From Halobacteriales archaeon (GTDB taxonomy: Archaea; Halobacteriota; Halobacteria; Halobacteriales; SKSH01), in the NCBI GenBank assembly GCA_007118075.1, contig SKSH01000191.1, positions 1 to 32,512 on the forward strand: a DNA stretch of 32,512 nucleotides. Direction: 5' to 3'. The notes beneath the pieces were generated by a model. That model was not told the DNA's origin. It did not search any database and was given only the letters and a program-made list of their open reading frames with translations. The stretch's first letter is position 1. Every line of letters starts with the position of its first letter. A program made the position numbers and the translations under genes. Of the stretch, positions 8,216 to 16,876 are shown one piece after another.

Positions 8216-9276
8216 TCCTGGTGGCCGAGTAACGCATCAACATCCGTATGATCTTCGAGCAATGAACGCATCAGCTCGACCGCTTCAACATCCCTGGTCC
8301 GCCCACTGCGAACGATCGCCTCTGCTCGGTCGACGATAGTCCGAGTGTCGGCGGCACACAGCAACACCGGCATGCCAGCGGAGGTAGCTCGGCCGATGAT
8401 CGCCTCAGACGGGCGCATGCTGCCAGTCAAGATCAAGCACTCGACCCCTGGAGCCTCGATCGCGATGCTCTGGATATCAGCGCGGTCACCACCGGTGATG
8501 ACCGCAGCTGCACGGGTTCGACGAAGATGTGCGGAAGCAGCCTCTCGACCCATGGCCCCGATGAGGAAGCGCTCGACCAATCGATCAGTCCCCTCAGTCG
8601 AGAGCAGCTCACCACCGAGTTCGTTCGCGAGCTGATCAACCGTCACCCCGGCGAGTTCGCGTAGACGGGGGATCACCCCGAGGACCCCGATACCCTCTGC
8701 CTCAAGGTACGATGCCACATCAGCCTCGAGCTCGTCCACGACGCTATCGCCGATGGCGTTAAAGAGTATCCCCTCAAGGTAATCGTCGAACCGTCGGGCG
8801 GCTGCAACGGTCTGATCGACATCGCTCGGTTCCTGATAGGTTGCGGTGAGCACCGTCCGGGCATCGATGAGGCTGGCCAACTCTGGATCGCTCATCCGAA
8901 GGATCGCTCCGACATCGAGATCTCCGCCCCCCTCGACGATGAGGAGATCATGTTTTTCGGCAAGCGTGTCGATCGACCCAATGACACGGTCACGGAGAGC
9001 CTTCGGATCGTCGTGTCCTCTGAGTACACCCTGGATGAACGTGGGAGAGTAGACGATCGGCTCGAGGGTCTCGATCGGTTCATCGAGGCCGAGTAACTCA
9101 GCTGCGAAGACCGGGTCCTGGTCGATGGTCTTGCCGAGGTGACTCTGCAGCCGAGTGCCTTTCGGCTTCATGTATCCGATCGAAAGATCGCGTTGGGAAG
9201 CAAGCTGTGCGAGAGCAAGCGCGATTGACGTCTTGCCCGTGCCGTCCTCTGTCGTGGTGAGTAGTAGTGGTTGCAT
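8212..9276 (-). CDS. Phosphotransacetylase N-terminal-like protein (BioD-like P-loop plus DRTGG domain)
   Basis: GTGKTSI, GYMKP, IVEGGG and ITGGDRADIQ motifs. Coupled to the upstream acetate-CoA ligase gene. Confidence 0.9.
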   Translation of the reverse strand: MQPLLLTTTEDGTGKTSIALALAQLASQRDLSIGYMKPKGTRLQSHLGKTIDQDPVFAAELLGLDEPIETLEPIVYSPTFIQGVLRGHDDPKALRDRVIGSIDTLAEKHDLLIVEGGGDLDVGAILRMSDPELASLIDARTVLTATYQEPSDVDQTVAAARRFDDYLEGILFNAIGDSVVDELEADVASYLEAEGIGVLGVIPRLRELAGVTVDQLANELGGELLSTEGTDRLVERFLIGAMGREAASAHLRRTRAAAVITGGDRADIQSIAIEAPGVECLILTGSMRPSEAIIGRATSAGMPVLLCAADTRTIVDRAEAIVRSGRTRDVEAVELMRSLLEDHTDVDALLGHQD

Positions 9277-9278
9277 GG

Positions 9279-11375
9279 TTACCTGGCCTCCAGGGTGATC
9301 CGTAGGTCGATGGCATAGACGCCCTCGGGAGACGCTACCAGCGGATTGATGTCGAGCTCGAGGATGTCCTCATGGTCCTGGATCAACCGATCGATCCCGA
9401 GGAGGGTGTCGACGATCGCCGCACGGTCGACCGCCGGGCGTCCGCGGAACCCACGAAGCAAGGGAGCCGCATCGATCCCATCGAGCATCTCCCTGGCGGT
9501 GGCCTCATCGAGTGGCGAGACTCGCATGGTGACGTCCTCGAGGAGCTCGACGAAGATACCACCGAGGCCGAAGAGGACGACCGGACCGAACTGTGGATCA
9601 CGGTTGGCTCCAACGATCACCTCGACCGAGTCTCCGAGATCGAGCATCTCCTGGACGTACACCCCCAGGACCGATGCTTCAGCCCGGTAGCGCTTTGCTC
9701 GAGCGACCAGGTCCTCGTAGGTGTCTTCGACCGCCGTCGGGCCAACGCCGATCCGGACCCCACCGATGTCGGTCTTATGGCTGATGTCTGGGCTGACGAT
9801 CTTCATCACGACGTTGTCTCCAGGGATCGTGGAGGCAAGCTCCATCGCCTCCTGTGGATCGGTGGCCAACCCGCCTTCCGGTGTCTCGATCCCATACGCG
9901 TCGAACAACTCCATCGCCTCCAGACCGAGCAGCTGTCGATCGGCAGCTCGTGCCTCCTCGAACACCGACGAGGCGAGTTCAGCATCGACGACACGATTGG
10001 GAGTAGTCGATGCGGGCCTCGCCTGGCGACGTCGATAGGTCTCGAGCACCCCCATGGCTGAGACGGCTCGCGCCGGGTCGAAATAGTTTGGAATCCCTTC
10101 CTGACGGAGTCGGTCGGTCGCCTCATTGGTCGAACGGTGACCACCCATCAAACAGGCCACAGTCGGGATATCGAACCGGGAAGCGATCAATGCGATATCG
10201 TCTGCGAGTGTGGCATAGTCAAGCGTCGCGACCGGTGCTGAGAGGACGATGAGCGAATCGACCGCTGCATCCGCGGCGACGATCTCGAGCACCTGTTCAA
10301 AGCGGTCGTTCGAGGCATCACCGATGATATCGATCGGATTGTACGGGTCTGCTGCCGGAGGCAAGAGTTCGGCAAGATGTTCGACGGTCGGTTCGGTCAA
10401 CTCGGCGATGGAAAGCCCTGCCGAGGCCGCGGCATCGGTGGCCATCACCGCTGGCCCTCCGGCATTCGAGACGATCCCCAGGCCGTCTCCAGAGGGGACT
10501 GGTTGACCAGCGAGCACCTCTGCCGCATCGAACAAATCAGCGATCGATGCGGCGCGAACGACCCCGCTTTGACCAAATGCGGCATCCACTACACGGTCAC
10601 TCCCTGCCATCGCCCCAGTATGAGACGAGGCTGCCTGGGCACCAGCGTCAGTTCTTCCCGATTTGACTAACACCACTGGTGTCTCGGCACTGATCCGTTC
10701 AGCGGCCTCCATGAACTGGCGACCACGTGGTACGCTCTCTAGATATCCGATGATCACCTCGGTGCCGGTATCTGCAGACCATGCCTCAAGCAGTGCTGCC
10801 TCGTCGACATCGAGCTTGTTGCCCAATGATACGACGTGACGGAATCCGATCCCCTGCTCGCTGGCCCAATCCAAGACCGCCGTCGCAACGGCTCCGGACT
10901 GGCTCATGAAAGAGATCGGACCGGGAGCCGCCATCGCCGGTGCGAAGGTCGCATTGAGCCCGGTCTGGGTGCTCATCACCCCCAAGGAGTTCGGGCCGAT
11001 GACCGTGAGGTTGTACTCATCGATGACGGCCTCGAGTTCGCTCGAGCGCTTCGCACCCTCGCGACCAGCCTCCTCGAACCCTGCAGTGATGATCACCAAG
11101 TGAGTGATGCCGAGCTGTCCGGCTTCACGAGCCACCTCGATGGCAGCATCCGATGGAACGACCACGACAACCAAGTCGACCGCTCCAGCCCCAGCGAGAC
11201 CGTCTGCACATTGTAAGTCGAACACCGAATCCCTGGTCGGGTTGATAGGGATCACCTCCCCCTCGAAATCAGCGAGGAGGTTTTGCATGATCGCCGCACC
11301 GACCGAACCCGTTCGATCGGTCGCGCCCACGACCGCTACCCGGGTTGGAGAGAACAGCTCCGCCAGGTCGTCCAT
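9279..11375 (-). CDS. acdA: Acetate--CoA ligase (ADP-forming), fused alpha/beta subunits
   Basis: VAVVGAT, IGPNSLG, SQSGA, VSLGNKLDV, ASSHTGAMAG (phospho-His), HKTDIGGV, FGPVVLFGLGGIFVE and ELDINPL. Start at ATG 11375. Confidence 0.95.
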   Translation of the reverse strand: MDDLAELFSPTRVAVVGATDRTGSVGAAIMQNLLADFEGEVIPINPTRDSVFDLQCADGLAGAGAVDLVVVVVPSDAAIEVAREAGQLGITHLVIITAGFEEAGREGAKRSSELEAVIDEYNLTVIGPNSLGVMSTQTGLNATFAPAMAAPGPISFMSQSGAVATAVLDWASEQGIGFRHVVSLGNKLDVDEAALLEAWSADTGTEVIIGYLESVPRGRQFMEAAERISAETPVVLVKSGRTDAGAQAASSHTGAMAGSDRVVDAAFGQSGVVRAASIADLFDAAEVLAGQPVPSGDGLGIVSNAGGPAVMATDAAASAGLSIAELTEPTVEHLAELLPPAADPYNPIDIIGDASNDRFEQVLEIVAADAAVDSLIVLSAPVATLDYATLADDIALIASRFDIPTVACLMGGHRSTNEATDRLRQEGIPNYFDPARAVSAMGVLETYRRRQARPASTTPNRVVDAELASSVFEEARAADRQLLGLEAMELFDAYGIETPEGGLATDPQEAMELASTIPGDNVVMKIVSPDISHKTDIGGVRIGVGPTAVEDTYEDLVARAKRYRAEASVLGVYVQEMLDLGDSVEVIVGANRDPQFGPVVLFGLGGIFVELLEDVTMRVSPLDEATAREMLDGIDAAPLLRGFRGRPAVDRAAIVDTLLGIDRLIQDHEDILELDINPLVASPEGVYAIDLRITLEAR

Positions 11376-11527
11376 TGCTAGCTGCTGCGTCTGGTCTGCG
11401 CAAAAAACGCATGGGTTAGTCCACAAGATCGAGAGGATCGGTTCAATCCAATAAATGATCTCAGTTACCGATCAGCCCTGAGGGAGCCACTTATTCAAGT
11501 TGTGAGATATAATAATAGAAATAATAG

Positions 11528-11558
11528 TGACATATTTGTCAAGTGGAAGTACTTGACA
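11528..11558. promoter_or_regulatory. Overlapping inverted repeats (candidate operator) in the AT-rich divergent promoter region
   Basis: TGACA-TATT-TGTCA (11528-11541) overlaps TGTCAAGT-N6-ACTTGACA (11537-11558). Confidence 0.5.
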
Positions 11559-11674
11559 TAACCGGGTGGAATCAGTTGAGAACCGATTACCAACGCTTGT
11601 CCCCATTTTTCAAGAGAGTAGCACAGTATTATTATATCATCCCAGAGAAATCCCACATGTAAGGAATCAATATT

Positions 11675-12289
11675 ATGGCAGGAAGAAGTCCACGAGAACG
11701 AACGTTGGAAGCACAGATACTCGGTCGAGACGTTAGATTCGATTACTCTGAGACCTGGGTTGCTTGGTCGGTCCTCAGTCTCCGTGTCATCATGGCATGG
11801 GTCTTCCTGCAAGCCGGGTTGGAGAAGCTCTTTGGGGATGGAATCAGTGGATTCCTTGAGAATCCGTTGACCGGAGGGTGGAGTGCTGAAGGATACCTCA
11901 GCCCCGATACACCATTCGGTGTGAGTCCCGATACGCCACTGTCCGGTATCTTCGCTGAAATGTCGGCGAACGCAGCACTGATCGATCCGTTGGTCGCTTG
12001 GGGACAGGTCCTGATCGGCCTCGCACTGCTATTTGGAATCATGGTCCGGTTCGCCGCTTTCATGGGTTCACTCCAGATGTTCCTCTTCTGGTGGGCAGCC
12101 TTGCAAGGTGGCCTCCTTGCGGGATTACCAGTCGAGCACGGCTGGGTCGTTGACAGTTCACTCGTCTACATCTTCATCCTCTTCGGCCTCGGTGCCGTTG
12201 GTGCCGGACGAATCCTCGGATTCGACGCACAGATCGAGGAGTGGCCGGTCGTCCAGGACAACCCCTGGTTGAAGTATCTCCTCGGTTGA
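11675..12289 (+). CDS. DoxX/DoxD-family membrane protein
   Basis: LRVIMAWVFLQAGLEK, WSAEGYL, GQVLIGLALLFG and GAGRILGFD motifs. Confidence 0.88.
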   Translation: MAGRSPRERTLEAQILGRDVRFDYSETWVAWSVLSLRVIMAWVFLQAGLEKLFGDGISGFLENPLTGGWSAEGYLSPDTPFGVSPDTPLSGIFAEMSANAALIDPLVAWGQVLIGLALLFGIMVRFAAFMGSLQMFLFWWAALQGGLLAGLPVEHGWVVDSSLVYIFILFGLGAVGAGRILGFDAQIEEWPVVQDNPWLKYLLG

Positions 12290-12358
12290 GGGTCCACCAG
12301 CACCGCTGGCGGCCAACGGTCACCTTTTTGACCACCCAAGAGGTAGCCGAGGCCAACC

Positions 12359-12796
12359 ATGGCTGAACTCTATATCGCCGGTACCTTCGTCGGTGCCCTG
12401 TTCGTGCTCATATTGGCATTCTGGATCAACAGTCGCCGAACGCGCCACTCGAAGTTTCTGAAATCAGAGCGTCTGAAACAGGACAATGGACTAGAGCATC
12501 TCGTCAAGAAAATCGTCTCAAGCCCGGTGAGTTGGATGGTCGCCTTCATCGCAGTCGTCTCCGTCGCCTTAGCTGCCGCCATCGGTGTCCTCACCGGTCT
12601 GTTGGAATTCGAGGGAGGTGCGTGGATGGCCGTCACACTCATCTTCGGTACGCTGTTCAGTGGTTTCATCATTTACAATGTCTATGCCGTCGCCCGTAAT
12701 CGCGGGCATTCGAGCGCACTGAGCATCGGGGAATCACTCGCAGTGCTCGTGTTGATCTTGTTCGTCGGTGTCGCCGCCATGTTGATCATGGCCTGA
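12359..12796 (+). CDS. Hypothetical membrane protein (about 4 TM helices)
   Basis: Four hydrophobic segments, with a T-rich box about 30 nt upstream. Confidence 0.72.
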   Translation: MAELYIAGTFVGALFVLILAFWINSRRTRHSKFLKSERLKQDNGLEHLVKKIVSSPVSWMVAFIAVVSVALAAAIGVLTGLLEFEGGAWMAVTLIFGTLFSGFIIYNVYAVARNRGHSSALSIGESLAVLVLILFVGVAAMLIMA

Positions 12797-12838
12797 TCCT
12801 CCGACACCCTTTTCCCGGTTCAACCACGTCCCAGTAGC

Positions 12839-12880
12839 ATGGTCTGTAAGACCAGTGGCTGCGTTCCGCGACGTCGGTAG
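12839..12880 (+). CDS. Candidate 13-aa leader peptide MVCKTSGCVPRRR
   Basis: ATG 12839 lies about 27 nt after a CTTTTCCC box. The ORF ends in TAG and is in frame with the downstream ORF at 12911. Confidence 0.4.
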   Translation: MVCKTSGCVPRRR

Positions 12881-12910
12881 CGACTGTTCTCGTGCTGGAG
12901 GGAGGTCGAG

Positions 12911-13663
12911 ATGAGACGGATGTGCAGCCGACTGAACAGGGTTGGATTCGACGGTATCGCTATCAAACCAAAAGAGCGATCGCTCACCAGTATCGAACCA
13001 AGCCAAATCGATCGATTGGTCTTCGATTTCGAGGGGATGGAACATCTCCCGACCCCGATGACGATCCAGCAACTCGCTGAGGAGACCGAAGTCATCTTGA
13101 CCGCACCAGTCAGGCATGATGGGTTCGATCCACTCGGTGATGACGACTGGTTCACCCGCTTCGAACCATTCGCTAAATTCGCCATCGTCGCCGGTAACCG
13201 GGCCTATCTAGATACTGTTGCAAGCAAACGTGCAATCGCTCCAAGGATCGGTGCAGCCAGGACCCGATTCCCCGATGCGTGGATCGGTACCGAGGGGATC
13301 GAACGGCTCGCACTGGCGACCGGAGCAACCCAGTATGAATTGCTCTCGGGGGGAAGTGAACAGGTCATCAACGGACTTCGAGCGGCTGGCTTCGAGGGGA
13401 CAATCGCGATCTATGCACCGACGATGATCACCGAGGATCGGACTGCGGCACTAAACCAACTTGCGGGGTATCTGAAACGACGGAAACCGGTGGCACGTGT
13501 GATTGAAGCGCAAGCAGGAAACGTCGAGGAGACCGGAGAGGTACTTGATCGGGTGCTGGATCAGTACGCACTGGTTGGTCCACCCGCCACGATCGAACAG
13601 CGAATCGTCGAGCTGAAAACAGCTGGTGCTGACTTGCTCATCGCCTACCCGGTTGGAGGATGA
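12911..13663 (+). CDS. Conserved haloarchaeal protein with a luciferase-like (LLM) C-terminus
   Basis: 250-aa ORF with SD GGAGGT at 12901-12906. C-terminal YALVGPPATIEQRIVELKTAGAD is typical of LLM barrels. Confidence 0.75.
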   Translation: MRRMCSRLNRVGFDGIAIKPKERSLTSIEPSQIDRLVFDFEGMEHLPTPMTIQQLAEETEVILTAPVRHDGFDPLGDDDWFTRFEPFAKFAIVAGNRAYLDTVASKRAIAPRIGAARTRFPDAWIGTEGIERLALATGATQYELLSGGSEQVINGLRAAGFEGTIAIYAPTMITEDRTAALNQLAGYLKRRKPVARVIEAQAGNVEETGEVLDRVLDQYALVGPPATIEQRIVELKTAGADLLIAYPVGG

Positions 13664-13673
13664 GACCGGACAA

Positions 13674-14942
13674 TCAGTGATCGATGACGGTGAGTTCGTC
13701 GATCGGCCATTGGCTGAGGAGCTCAACACCATCCTCTCGGACCACCACCATCTCTTCGACACGAACACCCTGACGGTCGGCTGGCCGCTGTGTCTCAACC
13801 GCCATCGTCATGCCCTCCTCGAGTTCGATCGGATAGTCGGATGAGAGGCCGCGCCAGATCAACGGGACCTCATAGAGTTGGAGCCCAAGCCCATGTGCCC
13901 AGTGGTTGGTGGTCATCTGCCAGTACTCGTCTGCATCGTAGTAATCCATGTGCTCACCATCGGCATCGGGGAACCCCTCGACGACCTCGTCCGTGGTGAC
14001 CCCTGGCTTGATCCGGTCGAGGACATCGTAAAGATCATCGACCGCCAGTTTATAGGCATCCTGTTGGGAGTCGGTTGGCGACCCCATCGAGAAGGTACGA
14101 TAGTAGCATGATCGATACCCAAGGAAGCCGATATTGTAGAAATCAGCATAGAGGAGGTCTCCGGGCCGGATGAGCCGATCGGTGGTGTTCGCCTGATGTT
14201 TCGGCCAGGTATTCGGTCCGCTGGTCAAGTAGCCACCCTGGACCATCGCACCATGGCGCCAGAGCTCACGGACAGCCTCACCCCAAAGTTCAGCCTCGGT
14301 CTTACCGGGCGATGCCTCGTCGACGATCCGTTGGAACCCCGCCTCACAGATGGCGGCAACCTGTCGTAGACATTCGATCTCATCTCGCGTCTTGACCCGC
14401 CGTGCTACCTCCATCGCTGACGTACAGGACTTGACATCCGTCGTTGGACCTCGACGTTCGAGGGCATCGAGCAGTCGGGTGTTCCCGACATCGACACCGA
14501 GGGTGGCACCATCGTATCCATACTCCTCCATGGCCGAGACGACGGTATCGGCCATCGTCTCGATGAGAAAGCGCCGGGCCCCGTCGTGTCCGGATGCTCG
14601 AGGTACGTTCCCGAGGCCGGGACACGCATATCGGATATCATCCAGCCATGGACAGTTGAATCGTTGATTGGAGGCATGATCAGCCGTATCCCAGTGGACC
14701 ACCTGTCCATCCTCGAACAACAACGTGTAGTGGTCGGCACCGCTGCCACCGGTCATCGCGAGACCCGTGACATACCGGATGTTCGGGTCGCTTACGAACA
14801 ACGCAGCCTCGAGACCGTTCGACTGTAGTTGTTCGAGCGCTCGTTCCTTACGCTCGGTTCTGAGCCGTTTGGTGTCGATGCGTTCCTCCCAGTCGACAGC
14901 CATCGTTCCGCGGGTCCCTTCCATGTAGGTCCGATCGTACAT
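13674..14942 (-). CDS. M24 (pita-bread fold, creatinase/Xaa-Pro peptidase-like) family enzyme
   Basis: DPNIRYVTG, RRVKTRDEI, HGLGL..YE.P, LEEGMTMAVE and GVRVEEMVVV motifs. Confidence 0.9.
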   Translation of the reverse strand: MYDRTYMEGTRGTMAVDWEERIDTKRLRTERKERALEQLQSNGLEAALFVSDPNIRYVTGLAMTGGSGADHYTLLFEDGQVVHWDTADHASNQRFNCPWLDDIRYACPGLGNVPRASGHDGARRFLIETMADTVVSAMEEYGYDGATLGVDVGNTRLLDALERRGPTTDVKSCTSAMEVARRVKTRDEIECLRQVAAICEAGFQRIVDEASPGKTEAELWGEAVRELWRHGAMVQGGYLTSGPNTWPKHQANTTDRLIRPGDLLYADFYNIGFLGYRSCYYRTFSMGSPTDSQQDAYKLAVDDLYDVLDRIKPGVTTDEVVEGFPDADGEHMDYYDADEYWQMTTNHWAHGLGLQLYEVPLIWRGLSSDYPIELEEGMTMAVETQRPADRQGVRVEEMVVVREDGVELLSQWPIDELTVIDH

Positions 14943-15005
14943 TGTCCTGATGTTCCTCGACCGCCCCCATTAACATTCCTTGACGAGCTCTACAGGAACA
15001 TCCAC

Positions 15006-15503
15006 ATGCGAATCACCAGCGCCACACCGGGAGCTGCCCCGTCGATCGAAGCGGTCGCGCGAACGGCCTGGCATGCGACCTACGATCACATCATCGGCGA
15101 GAAGGCAGTGGATGAACTCGTCGACAACTGGTACGATGTCGAGGACATTCGACGCTCGATCGAACGGGATATCGCGCCGATGTTCATCGCTATCGAACAG
15201 GAGTCAACGCTTGGCTTCGCCCAGGGCGGCCCGACCGAGGCTGGACCGGCTGATGCCGTCATCTCTCGCATCTATGTGCACCCAGACCGATGGGGAGAGA
15301 GGATCGGTTCACGCTTGCTCGACCGACTCTGTGGCACCCTCGCAGACCGAGGTTACGAAGCTATCTGGCTCGCGGTATTAGCAGAGAACGAGGTGGGCCG
15401 ACGCTTTTACGAGGCCAAGGGTTTCGAGAAGGTCGAGCGACAGTTCACGGAATTGGCCGGCGTGGAACACGAGGAACTACTTCTCACCAAGCACCTCGAA
15501 TGA
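15006..15503 (+). CDS. GNAT family N-acetyltransferase
   Basis: RIYVHPDRWGERIGSRLL and LAENEVGRRFYEAKGF. Start at ATG 15006. Confidence 0.9.
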   Translation: MRITSATPGAAPSIEAVARTAWHATYDHIIGEKAVDELVDNWYDVEDIRRSIERDIAPMFIAIEQESTLGFAQGGPTEAGPADAVISRIYVHPDRWGERIGSRLLDRLCGTLADRGYEAIWLAVLAENEVGRRFYEAKGFEKVERQFTELAGVEHEELLLTKHLE

Positions 15504-15562
15504 CAGACTGATTGCAACACGGTTAGGGAGGTTTATGCGGTGGGCAACAGACCATCCGGACA

Positions 15563-16270
15563 ATGTACAAGCACATCGCTCTCCTCGTCAGGAAAGATGG
15601 GCTCACCCACGCGGAGTTCATCGAGTACTGGCAGCACGAACATACCCAGATTGCGAAGGATATCGAGGGGGTCATCCGGTACCAGACGGTGGTACCGGTC
15701 GACCCAACCGTCGCTGAATTCGATGGTATCGCCGAGTTGTACTTCGAATCGATAGACGAGCTCCATGCCGCCCTCGGGAGTCCGGGTGATCGGGATTACG
15801 ACCCAGACCTCGAGGTGGCAGCAAAAGCCAGGGCCGATGTCGACAACTTCCTCGCTATCGAGCGTCGTCCTCGTCTAATCGGTGAAGAGACGGTACAACG
15901 AGACGAGACCGGCGGTGATACGACAGGTCTCTACAAACACGCTGCCTTCCTGGTTCGAAAGCCTGGGATGACCCACGAGGAGTTCGTCGAGTATTGGCAA
16001 TCGAATCATACCCCGATCGCCCGTGAGATCGAGGGCGTCGTCAGGTATGCGACAGTGATCCCGACCGAACCAGCTGTCGCCGAATTCGATGGAGTCGCAG
16101 AGCTTTACTTCGAATCATTGGACGATCTCCATGCAGCACTCGGGAGTCCGGGTGATCGAGACTACGATCCAGCGCTCGAGGTTGCCGCCAAGGCGAGAGC
16201 TGACGTGGATAACTTCCTCGCCATCGAGGATCGACCACGGCTCATCGGCCGTGAGACAGTCCAAGTCGAC
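15563..16270 (+). repeat. Intragenic tandem duplication with a 366-nt period
   Basis: Units start at 15563 and 15929, with 89/114 identical residues by manual alignment. Shared DNA includes CTCGGGAGTCCGGGTGATCG. Confidence 0.9.
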
Positions 16271-16288
16271 CGGAGCGATAGACCATGA
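15563..16288 (+). CDS. Tandem EthD-domain protein
   Basis: Two copies of YKHxAxLVRKxGxTHxEFxEYWQxxH...FDGxAELYFES. Confidence 0.88.
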   Translation: MYKHIALLVRKDGLTHAEFIEYWQHEHTQIAKDIEGVIRYQTVVPVDPTVAEFDGIAELYFESIDELHAALGSPGDRDYDPDLEVAAKARADVDNFLAIERRPRLIGEETVQRDETGGDTTGLYKHAAFLVRKPGMTHEEFVEYWQSNHTPIAREIEGVVRYATVIPTEPAVAEFDGVAELYFESLDDLHAALGSPGDRDYDPALEVAAKARADVDNFLAIEDRPRLIGRETVQVDRSDRP

Positions 16289-16875
16289 GCGTCGATCGGA
16301 TCGACGAGATCACCAGTGCATTCCCTGAATTGGCCGAGATCTCGGATGATACCCTCAAAGAGCAGGTGAGCAGGGCCTGGCAACTCGGCCTCGTCCGTGG
16401 CGGCTGGGAGAGTATGTACGACATCCCGTACGCGTGGAACATCCACGAAGTGACCACCGTCGAACACGTCCGGGGGGTCACCCAGATAGCCACCAGTGCC
16501 GCAAATCTCACCCGGTCGGTCCATGATGCTGAACCGAACCTCGATGTGACGATCGCTGCTGCACTCTTACATGATGTTGGCAAGTGCTACGAGTACGTCG
16601 CATACGTCGATGCCGAGCTGGTCGATCCCGATCCCACGTACGCCGATGCCACCATCCCACACTCGCTATCAAGTTACGCGCTAGCCCATGAGGTGGGCTG
16701 TCCGATTGCCGTCCAACAAGCGATCCCACACGTCATCGGTGAGATCCCCACGAGGACACTCGAGGCAGAGCTGGTCAAACAGGCCAATGCAATCTCATCG
16801 AACGCGATCACCCAAGCGACGATGGGCATCTCGCTGACCGAATGGATCGACGAGTACTCAACGGCGATACGGTAA
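16285..16875 (+). CDS. HD-domain protein
   Basis: VEHVRGV...AAALLHDVGK...PHSLSSY. ATGA overlap with the EthD gene. Confidence 0.85.
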   Translation: MSVDRIDEITSAFPELAEISDDTLKEQVSRAWQLGLVRGGWESMYDIPYAWNIHEVTTVEHVRGVTQIATSAANLTRSVHDAEPNLDVTIAAALLHDVGKCYEYVAYVDAELVDPDPTYADATIPHSLSSYALAHEVGCPIAVQQAIPHVIGEIPTRTLEAELVKQANAISSNAITQATMGISLTEWIDEYSTAIR

Positions 16876-16876
16876 A

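Noticed and set aside
11495..11812. 105-aa minus-strand ORF across the AT-rich spacer
   Set aside because: Non-acidic, atypical composition, and it overlaps doxX and the likely promoter elements.
12797..12910. Possible tRNA (GGTTCAACC resembles a T-loop)
   Set aside because: No cloverleaf or acceptor stem could be built.
15563..16288. Repeated DNA as a CRISPR array or assembly duplication
   Set aside because: Two coding units with many synonymous differences and no repeat-spacer structure.
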